DNA of 64,000 nucleotides from Orbicella franksi (Eukaryota): NCBI GenBank assembly GCA_964199315.1, contig OZ116712.1, positions 6,386,001 to 6,450,000 of the forward strand, read 5' to 3'. Shown piece by piece: positions 10,559 to 21,700 of this stretch (position 1 is its first letter; each line of letters starts with the position of its first letter). The notes under the pieces were generated by a model. It saw only the letters and a program-made list of their open reading frames with translations, ran no database searches and was not told where the DNA came from. The position numbers and the translations under genes were made by a program.

Positions 10559-12005
10559 ATGGTTTTCAAGTACACCTGTGTCGTTCGGCTGTTGCACGTC
10601 ACATTTCTATCAGCTCATGGGAAACACATCAAACGAAACAAAAGCAAACCTCAGAAAGCCGGTAATGGTTCGCTTTGTTGTCTATGTGAACCAAATTAGG
10701 GCTTTTACTGATAATTTCATTTAAGATAATGATTTTATTTTCTAAGAAATAATTTTACATGACCATATCACGCCTTGTCCCCCCAATAAAAGTTGTGTTC
10801 AAATAAACACTAACTTTAATTTACAATTTCAATTATAGACACTCCTTTGCTCGTAATCGACAAAATAAAGCATAATAATCGCTTGAACAGATGGTAAAAG
10901 AATATGACCACGGAAAGTTAGAGAAGGTAGACGTGCGGGCCGGGGATGGGGCGGGGGGGGAGGGGATGCAGTTCCCCCAGTTTCAGAAATTTTTGAAATT
11001 TTTCAGGCAAAACGCTGACGATTCTGGCAAAAGTACTTGGGAGAAAACATTGTAAGAGGTAATCAAGGCCAGGCTTGTAGGCTACTTTCTCTGACGTTTG
11101 CCTTGTCAAAACGGAGTTAAGGTCAATGCAAATGATGTAAGGATTCAAGTATTCTGTTTTGGAAAAGCTTATTATCGGTTCAATGTGTATTGTGGAAATC
11201 CGCGATATGAATATTACCTCCATCAACAAAACAACGACGAAAGAATCAAAACAAACAAAGATCGAGACTTTTTGTGGTGTCTCTGAAAAGAGCCATTTTG
11301 AATGACTCCACAAAGAGCCGTTTTAAAATTTTTTATTATCATGACGAGTCATTTTGAATGACTCCACTCCACAAAGAGCCGTTTTCAAATTTTTTTATGA
11401 TCATGAACTTTTCGCCGTACAAGGAAAAATTAAGTGTTTCTTTCCTGAGTTTCTGATTTTACTAAGCTGTCGATCAAGGTATGTAAAATAGGGTGTGCAA
11501 GATTTCAAAATAACTATTTTTGGAATGATAACAGTTTCATTAGACGTGAGAATTGTGAACGTTTTTGTTTGTACTGCGATTTGAGAGCGTTTGAGTAACA
11601 GTCACGCTTTCGAGCATTATGTAACTTTTTCGGGCAATAAGTTCACCGCCCCTCCCCCCCTCCTCGTACGGTGCCCGTACGCCTATGAACACTTTGTTTT
11701 TAATGTGTACTACAATAAAAAGTTGTTCATCTCGAAACTAATTGTTTCGTCCACTCTTGTTCATATTAATTACAGATGAGGTTTTGCCAAAAGTTCACGA
11801 CACCATTCAATTCGATGGCAATGTCTACGACTGTCAATACTTCCACGCCAAAAATAATTATGGCACATGGTGTAACTGCCCTTTCTTAGCTTGCACGGGA
11901 GGCCAGGACTGTTCAGGCACATATCATTGTTCTATTACGAATAACAATTACGATTACACTAACATGAAGGATGAAGACTGTGATTGCCGTCCTCGAAAAA
12001 AGTAA
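10559..12005 (+). CDS. Secreted 8-Cys peptide, copy 3 (110 aa)
   Basis: Exon 10549-10661 (ATG 10559; MVFKYTCVVRLLHVTFLSAHGKHIKRNKSKPQKA, donor G|GTAATG) and exon 11776-12005 (DEVLPKVHDTIQFDGNVYDCQYFHAKNNYGTWCNCPFLACTGGQDCSGTYHCSITNNNYDYTNMKDEDCDCRPRKK*). Non-coding exon 1 ends at 9689; AATAAA at 12164; the 3' UTR is homologous to that of copy 2. Confidence 0.85.
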
Positions 12006-12439
12006 TGCATCGCATGTAATTTATCAGCGGTAAACGAAGTGAATATCGCTTGCGAACAAAAGAGTCTTTAAGTGAGATTGTATGTGGTGTTAAGTGTTGC
12101 ACTGTTCTTAGTGTTAGTATTTCCCATAAATCAGCTAAAAAAGAAAAAAATCCTTGGTAAGATAATAAAAATACTTCCACGAAAAACTGTGTTAATTGTG
12201 GTGTATAGATTGCATAATTATTTCTTCGTAATTAAATGTTTACAAAAGACCTGTTTCAGGTCGTCCCATGGAGTTACACTTAATCGTAAGTCACCATCAC
12301 AGAGCCACTCTTTGTGCTCAATTTATAGCGGTGCTCCTTCGCGCCGAAGGCCAACGAGCGGAGCCCCATACCTCAGAAAATTAAGTTCGCTCACAAGCGT
12401 TCTTTCGCTTCCTCTCGCCACGCTCGACCTTTAGGCTTG

Positions 12440-12766
12440 GCTAAATATATATATCAACTATAAAAGAGGTCGCGAACCACGAGTGAAATCCCCGCCAAAC
12501 CCCCGCTCAGCCCCCGCATTGTATAGCGAAGCCGTGAAAAAAAAGATGAATTCCCCTACTACCGGGGAACCTAAATCGAGTGAAAACGGGGTGAACCCCC
12601 CCCCCCCGTTTTCCCCAGGTATCCCCCAATGAGGGGTACCTGCAATGGGAGGGGCTTGATGCAACCTTATTCCCAGACTTTCTCTCCTTTGCTGTCCTCC
12701 GAACTTGGGTTGCCTGTGGCGGACGAGGAGGTCTAGCACTAGGATCATGAACAGCCAAGATGGCGG
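12440..12766 (+). promoter_or_regulatory. GC/CpG-rich VPS8 promoter and 5' UTR with a YY1-type motif over the start codon
   Basis: Locally GC-rich with G/C runs; CAAGATGGCGG overlaps ATG 12760, matching the YY1 consensus often found at housekeeping-gene starts. Confidence 0.55.
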
Positions 12767-15700
12767 ACGAAATGAAAGAGGACACGAGCATATTGTCCGG
12801 GTTATTCTCCAATACAGACCAGCTAGAATCACTGGAATCACTTGATGCAGCCTTCACTACAAACACTGGCTCTTTCAGGCAAAGACATGTTTCGGATTCG
12901 GTAAGTTTGTTCCCTGTTTTCTGTTGCAGATTGTTGGGGAAATAATATTTGATTCAAGCAGAGGGTTACTGTTGCAGTTACTGTAATTATGAAGTGATCA
13001 CCTGTGTTAAAGCGACGAAGGCTATTTAATTTTGTGTATATCGGTAACTTGAAATATTTCGTGATGCCAGACCACTTGTATACTGTAGAATATTAAGATG
13101 CAAGAAATCAAAGTTTCGCCATCACCATGCACATGGGTGCAGTCAGAGTGAGGGGACTTCTACAATATTTCAGGATTGAACTGAAAGTTGGAAGTTCTTC
13201 TAGCTAACTGTTAATCAATTTCGGAACACTGCACTGCAACGTTGCAGAGTTCCATCAAAAGAACATGCGGTTTGACAGTAAATTATCTACAGTACCTTTG
13301 TAAAATCCTGGAAGACTCATATTTCTACATGCAACATTCAAATGTTGATAAACCATAGTAAGTAGAATGCTTGAGTATTATTAACATGCAAGCCAGGGAG
13401 GCATGTAAACCAGGATCCCTAACCCCATTAAAAAAGCCAACCACAAGTTAACTAAGCTAACTTAGGCCAACCAGGTTGCTCTTTAGACTAAATGAAATGT
13501 TTGTTGGGCAAATAGGAGTTTTATTGGGCCTAACACAGAGGCAAGCCATGCTATGCAAGCAAGTCATCCCTACTGGCTCTAAGGCTAACCACAAGCTAAC
13601 AAAGGCATTGTTTTTTTTGGAGAAAGGGGGTGGGGGGTGGGTGGGGCTATTTGGGCTAACCAGGTTCTGATTTAGGTTAACCATGCTGTTATTTAGTCTA
13701 ACTGGAATGGCTTGCATGGTAGCTGGCATGACTCCCTGGTTTACACTTTGTGCAGACATGTTGATAGAGGGGAATGGTTATGAAAACTGGCAGACATCAG
13801 AGGAGCAGACAAAGATGCTAAGATTTATGTTGGAAGGTTCATGACTGTGTACAATCTTTTGTTTTGCGCTCATACACTATGGATGAATTTCATAACTAAA
13901 ACATTTCTGTTGGTTAGTTCTTTGGTCAGTAGTAAACAAGTATTGTGTTTTGTGCACAGTCAGCACCAAAAAAGAGAACAAAAACATACAACAACGAACT
14001 TTGTCAGGTTTCATAACCATTTTGCTATTATTAACTATGGATAAACCTGAAGAATTGAAAAACTCTGTTCTGTTGTTTTAGGTTGACATTGAACTTGATC
14101 TGCCAGAAGTGGTAAACATGCCATCTTTAGAGAGTATTTTGAATGAGGTACAGTATTCATGTGAATGAAAAATTATAGCTTTTGTTAATATGGTAGTGCT
14201 ATGAGTAATATTCTCTGTATGTTTAAAAACCTTCCAGAAAGATGAAGATATAATTTCACTAGAAGATGACCCAGATCTTGCCAGTTTGCTTGATGAACAA
14301 ATGCTGTCCTCTTCGCTTGACCTGGATCCAAGGTGAGTTGTTGATGGTTAAGATCTGATGTCTTTAATATATGTCGAATCTGGCTTATAAGCCTTTGACT
14401 GAAACTGCTTCTTGTTGCTGATGCAACCCTATAGATACATACATGTAAGTTTAGTTATGCAATACTCTTGAGTGGTGTAATATACCATGAATATCTGATC
14501 AGTCACTTTTCTCAGTATAAACATGAGCATTCAGGCAAGTCTGTATACATGTGCCAAGAATATACAAGTGACAAGTGGGATCTTCCATCGTATACCATGA
14601 GACAGCATTGCATTTGAAACTATTTTATACCATGCCATAGAAAATAAAATGGCAAACACAGTCAATGCGACATGTGGTGGGAAGGTTGTGTGGAGTAGAT
14701 TGGAGAATACAACAGTTTTGTTGTACCCTGATTGGCTGCATTTTCTGTGGCATGGTATAAGAAATAGTATTGAACATGTGACATGAATACATGTAGATAC
14801 AAGTTCTGTGACATAAGACTGTCCCACCCTCATAAGTCATTTATATAGGGCTTATGGACCACAGATGATGTTGTAAGGAATTTCTTCCAAGGAATAATTC
14901 TTCAAAAAAGATCATTATGGTGACTTCAGATTGAATATTGTTTTTGTTTGTAATCTTTCACAGTGCAGGGAAGAAGGGGAAGAAAACTAAGCATGGCTCA
15001 GTTCTACGACATGTTGTGTTAAAAAATGTCTCTGCTCAAATGGTCTCTGCATCTGTAAGTAGAGGCTGAATGGTACATTTTCTTAAATTTTGAAAGTTAC
15101 TTCAATCTGATTAATGTTGTGTTTATAACTTCAATGGTCTTTTAGGGTATTAAAAAGTTAAGTACAAAATTTGTTGCATTTGCTGTAACCATAACTGTAA
15201 ATAAATCAACATTTGTTACCTGAAGTGTTTTTCAATGAGCAAAATAATGATTAATAGTATTCCTTTGTTTTAGGCTAGAGTTGATGCTGGCTTGCCAACA
15301 GCCATGGTAAATACATTGACTATACAGTGCATGTACTAGTTACATGTAGCTTGATAGTGATTATCATAGTGTTTTTAGTTGCAAAGTTTTAAAACTATAA
15401 TGCAAGCAATCAAGTCTTTGAGTTCATCAGGAGAGAAAAATTATTTTTGGACCATCCATATACTGTACATAATAATAATCTCTGGAGGAATCTGTATCTG
15501 AAAGTTAAAAATATATGTCAAACAATTTTATTCAGCTCATCCAGACAGAAATTATTATTTTCAGGGGTTGGGGTGGATGATTAAGTAAATGATTAATCTG
15601 CTAGTACTGTATATTTCGTGAGTTGAGACAATGAATATTTTGTCATTATTATTGTGACTGATGTTTATTTGTTTGTTTGTTTTTGTGGGAGAGGGGGGAT

Positions 15701-18700
15701 GGTAAAGTTGTTTAGATAAGGCTTTGGTTTGAACTGCCTTTCTATTGTTTTTAACTCATGTCCACTCACCTGATAGTTCAATGGAATTATTGAATTAAGA
15801 ACAAAAGGGAAAATGTAAAATTTTTGAGAGATCAAGAGAGCCTGTTACCCCACCCCCATCCAGCCTGTCCCCCAGTACCCTCCTGGGAGGCACTCATATA
15901 AGAGTAACACCATTATTACAGATAGTATAGTGTATATGTATGTATGGAGCCTTTGACATGTAGAAATACAATTACTGAAATTTGAAGATTCTTTTTTTAG
16001 GCAGTGTCGTCTCTTATTTGTATTGGAACATCTCATGGCATTGTGCTAGTTTTTGGTGAGAGAAATATTTATTTAAAAGTAACTACTGGTGTTTAATGTG
16101 CATTTTCTGTAAAACTAATGAATAAAGCCAATAAAGGAATTACTTGATTTCTGTACCCATAGTTAAATCACAGACAAGTTACTATAGTAACTGAATGCTT
16201 GTACCTTAGTGCCAACCGTTTTCCTACAATGTGGGAAAACGGAATTCGAACTTCCAGTTTCATTTTTTGTTTACCCATGCCATCGGAAAAGGGAATTTGA
16301 GATTCCATTTTCATTTGCCATTTTCCTACTACTTTGGAAATGGACTTCAAACTTTTATTTTCGTTTTTCATTTTCCCACAACTTTGGACAGTAGAATTCT
16401 ATCGTCATTTCCTTTTTTTGTCTTTCATTTATGGAATTTGAACTTCAATTTTCGTTTTTCATGTCTGTGTTTTTGTCACTTTCTTATGTTACCTGAATCG
16501 GAAGAATATTGGCACTTCCTGTAGCTAACAATAGACCTGGGAACCACATCTTTGGTGAAGTCTTTGTTCGCCATTTTCTTATTGAGGAAAACAATAGTTA
16601 TGAAGACCTTCTCAAGGTAATCACAAACTATTACCCTAATTTAAGGGGCTGCACAGTAGTTTGCGAAGTGTAAAAAGGTTTTTCAGTTGTCATGGTATCA
16701 AGAAGAGAAGGTCAGTTGCAGATGAAACAGTCAATATCTGGTCAGTATAAAATGAGGACTGGGAACTGTAGACTGCAGACTTCGGAGTGGGGTAAAATGA
16801 AGACTGAGGGTAAAAATGCAGACTGTAGACTTTTTAACTGAGTTGTGTTGCCGTTTCCATCATTGAGAGCTAACTGTAAACAGGCAAACCGTCCGGAGCG
16901 ATATTTAGGCTAACCTGAGTGATATTCAGGCTAACCGGAGCATTGCAAACTTTCACTGCAATTAGCCTGAATAACGCAGTTTCTGGTTAGAAATCAATAA
17001 TGGAAATAACACTGTCAATATGTACTTAAAAAGCCTGTAGTCTGCAGTCTGCATTTTACCCTCAGTCTGCATTTTATCTCCTGTCTCCAGTCTGCAGTCT
17101 GTGTTTTACACTGACCGGTCCATATCGAAGTAGAAGGTTCGATTTTATGTTCCAAATCGACCATGATAAGCCTTTGTACCAAAACTTTTTGGCTTTATAG
17201 TGGGACCTAAATAACCATTTAATTCCGTGATTTGTGATAGTATATGCATAATTTCATTTCCTTGCTGATATCGATTTCATGGTAGTCCTATTGAACAGAA
17301 GGCTTTTATTAACAGTCAGCTCAATACGGCTTGTAGCAGGCTGAAAAATTCATAATACATTAGTTTTCTGTAAATATAGCTGTACAGTTTTTTTATGCTA
17401 TTTGTTGAAATCAAAATTCCGTATGTACAGTCAGTGACATCATGTACAGTTAGCTATGACGTATTTTAAGGATTGTAAGGTAGGAAAAAATATATACAAG
17501 CCCAAAGAGCACTAGCATCTGCTTAATAGGCTACTGTCTTGAGACAATGCAATTGAGAACATGAAAACGAAAAACGAAAATCGAAGTTCAAATTCCATTT
17601 GTCAATGTTTTATGATAATAGAAGATGAAAAACGGAAATGACAATTGCAATTCTGTTGTACAAAGGCGTGGGAAAACAAAACAAAAAACAAAACAAAAAC
17701 AAAAAAAAATAGAAGTTCCAATTTCGTTTTCAAGGTAGTTGGAAAATGAAAAATAAAAATAAAAGTTCAAATTCCCTTTTCCGATGGCGTGGGTAAATGA
17801 AAAATGAAACTGGAAGTTCGAATTTTGTTTTCCCATGTCTTAGGAAAATGGTTGGCACTAAGGTACACAAATTCTACTGGTTTATGATGCCAAAACACTT
17901 AATGAGTTTAAAAGGTGCATTCGTGGCAAAGATCTAACTAAGTTAACAGAAGCTGGCTGCAAGGGTTGTATCCTCTGCTCAACATGACACTCTTATTAAA
18001 TCTCATTAGGAAAATAATAGTAAGATTTTTTTACATTAGATCAGCTATGGATAGTTACCTTTAGTTTTATCTTTAAAACATTTTAGACTGCATTTTGTAT
18101 TATTCATATTTTAGTGTAGATATCTTTAGTTAGTCCTCTCAGCTTTGTATTTTGTATTAGTCTGTGTCCCCTTATTAGCATGGGTTTCTCCCAGGCTACA
18201 TGGTTTGACACTTACTAATTGAAAGTTTTTTTGATTTATTTATTATTTTATTATGAAACTGCAAAAGAGAGAAATTCTGATTTCTTGAACCTCTATTTTT
18301 CAAACCTCCCAATAACTCGAGCCAAAAGTGGTCTCCTCCTCAGATAAACACTGTACATTTACCCCCAATTTCTCACAGTACCTGATTTTTCAACCCAATT
18401 TTCACTCTGGGTGTAGTTGAAAAGGAAGACATTCTTGGTCTAAATTTACAATAATTTGTTGAACTTTTAAACAAATATGATTTTTTACACTCCAGGTAAA
18501 TTAAGACATTTTTGTTGTAATTAATTTGCAGATCCTCAGCAAACACTGAAGCTGGTACTTGGAAATACATCAATTGGTATGATAAAAAAAAGTATTCTGG
18601 CCTTATGTTTATTATTATAAAAATGTCTTACGTACTACGCATGTATTTCTGAATCAGTGTTATTAAACACTGATTCAGAAATAGATGCGTAGTACGTAAG

Positions 18701-21700
18701 ACATTTTATTTCTGTACAACAGGTGCCGAGTATGGTGCTGTCACTGCTCTTGGAATCAACATGGAATGTACAAGGCTTCTTTGTGGACATGCAAGGGGCC
18801 AGGTGAGTTTTAGAAAATAAAAATTAATCCAGGCCCACTTAATTGGTTGTAATCGATCATCAGAAAACTACTTTTTGTTGATTACTTATATTACTCAGAC
18901 AAGACTAAGTACCAATTATGATGGATTAGTATCAATTTCTTTCGAATACGGAAATATCAATTAGATACCCCAAATTAATTGAGAAAACATTATGGTCATA
19001 ATCTTGGAAGCAAGCCTGCCCAGTTACATTGTGTATGTAGTATTAAAGTTGCCCGTTTTGTTTTTATCACAGATAACAATGTGGGATTTACAATCGGGTA
19101 AATTACTGAGATCAATCACAGATGCTCATCCCATGGGCAGTGCAGTGCTCCATGTCATGGTGAGGAAGGGTGGTGGAAGGTGTTGTTTGTAGCTAGGAAT
19201 CACAGCTGTGTAGCCTGTGTAGCTTGGCGGTTTTTAAGCAATTTGAGCGCCTGAGCCGCAACAACGAAGCCTGGAAGAATGACAACTGAGAAACCACCTG
19301 CATGGATGACTGGCATTTTTTGTTAGTCCAATACGCTGGTGTATAGGCCATTGCCATTGGATCAGAAGGTTAACCCATGAATCAAAATTTTTGCCAATCT
19401 CCTAAGGGACAGCTCCAAGGAACAACATTAATTACAATGCAGATCTTTGGCGTATAAACAGAAAATAATATTGAGAAATTGTTGTCGAAAGCATTATCGC
19501 ACGCGAATGTTCTTCGCGAATATCACAAAATCGTTAACTGCCAAACATGGGCAAGAAACAGCCGTAAACAATTTGCCTCATGGGAGAGATGTGATAGCTG
19601 TTTTCCCAACAGGCTTTGGCCAAAGCATGATTTTTACCATGTTTTACTGTTTGCGCTTACCAGACAAGAATTGTTGTCTTCAAGAACCAGTATTGTTTTT
19701 ATTTCGCTGTTAAAGAGCATCATCGACGACCAAATTTCAGAAATATTATCGCTGAACTCCACAGCAATGGAATTGCCGTCTGATGTTTTACATGTATGTC
19801 CTTTGTCATTTGAGGACTTTGATTGCAGCTTGCTTCACTTTCTGCAGGCTCGAGTTGATGAAATTATGAAGTTCAAAAGCATTTCTTATTAATTTACATA
19901 CACAGGCGTGGCACACATAATCAGATGATGTGTCTGACCATTCTATTTATAGACCAATTTCAGATTTCTGACAAAGTGTCATTTTGAAATCCTTCACACT
20001 TAGAGACCTTGAAAAATTTTTAAATGGAAATGTTTAAATTCTCCGAATTTGATCTTGAGTGGACAACAACAAAGTCTACAATAATTATTGTTTACACTTC
20101 TCTTGATTCCTCCCTTGACAGGCTTTGCCCTTCGCTACCATAGAGCAAACATTGCATCGCCATAGCATTGAATGGTTTTGTTTTGATAGACTCCACAGTG
20201 TCACAGTGACTTTTCCCTGCCAAGTTGGCTGGAAGTTTCTTATTATGATCTATGCTCTGATTAGCTGTATTAATACGATTCACAAAACCTGTCATTGGGT
20301 TGTGAAAATATGTAATAGGGGGCGGCAATAAAAAATGCGGGTAATCCAGGCAGGCGGTTCCCCATGGCTTCGCTGCTAGTTTTTACAGCTTCGCTGCTTT
20401 GTGCGCTCGTGCTCAAATGGTTTAAAAAATTGCTTAAACCACCAAGCTACATGTACATGTACACAGCCTACAGCTGTGCAGCTTTTTGGACAACCATACT
20501 TGAAATGGTTCCTTGTGGTTGGCCTACAGTTTTTTCACATCATCTGATCATTGATATTATACATGTAGTACAGAATCCTACTATGTACTTTCTTCATACG
20601 CAAAGTAAATCAGTTTGTTAAATACTGCACACTGTAGCCTTGTTGCATGCAATAAAAAGCCCTTAATTTTCATTCACTTTGAAGGCAGTATTATTTTAAA
20701 AACAGCTTCATCTGTTATTCTTGGCATTAGAACATCAATACTTAAAAAAATATATATTCCGCTTACAGTTGAGCATAATTATTGTTTACAGTTCACAGAT
20801 GACCCTACAGTTGCAATCTGCAGTGACAGCGGTGGATCTGTTTTTGTCCTTAGCTTTAAGTAAGAATCAATATTTGTAAGTCCTTTTGAAGATATTTTGC
20901 TATGTACGTGAACACGTACATATGATTTCATCATTCATGTACATTACATAATTTGTTACTCCTGAACAGTTAAATCACAAATTTAATTTTTTAACCCTCT
21001 CTTTTGTAAGACATGATCATGCATTCTTAAATAAATAACTAAAGGTACCATTTCTAACATCATTCCTATCAATAATAGCATTAACCTGGCCTTGAAGAAT
21101 GTCAAAAATTCAGATTGTAAAGCCGCTTAATGCTGGACTCTTTGGCATCACTCATAATTATTATGTGGCTTGTGTTTTTAGCAGATATAATGCACGCTCT
21201 GATTGGCTAATTCTAGGACATTATTCTCCCGTAATGCCCATGGGCTGATTACAGGCCTGCAAAAGCAAAGCAAAAAGCCACATAATAAGCAACTTGTTAA
21301 CCTCGAACATTCGGTCTTTCCAGGAAAATCTCAAACCTTGGCCTTCCTGTGTTAACCAAGCAATAGCGAGGTCAATACAGCAAGGTCTTGGTTTGAGATT
21401 TTCCCATGAAGACCTCACTCTGGGTTAATAAGTAGTTTATAATATAGTAAAAGGTGTAAATTTGTCACTGACAGCTATACATGTAGTTTTTTTTTCTTTC
21501 CTGATTACTCAGCCATGCATTTGGCCTGTGACACCATTATTTTCATGCAATGTAGAATCATTTCTTCACTTATTAATCTGTAATGAATTCATTTCATTTT
21601 AAACTATTAACATTCTTGATAGGAGGCTCATTGGAATGAGGACATATGAATCAACTTGTCTATTTTCAGGAAGGTAAGAAAGCCCCAAAACTTCCTTTCA

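Noticed and set aside
12458-12866. Minus-strand ORFs suggesting a divergent gene at the VPS8 promoter
   Set aside because: GC-rich promoter and antisense of exon 1 give stop-poor frames; no motif or splice support.
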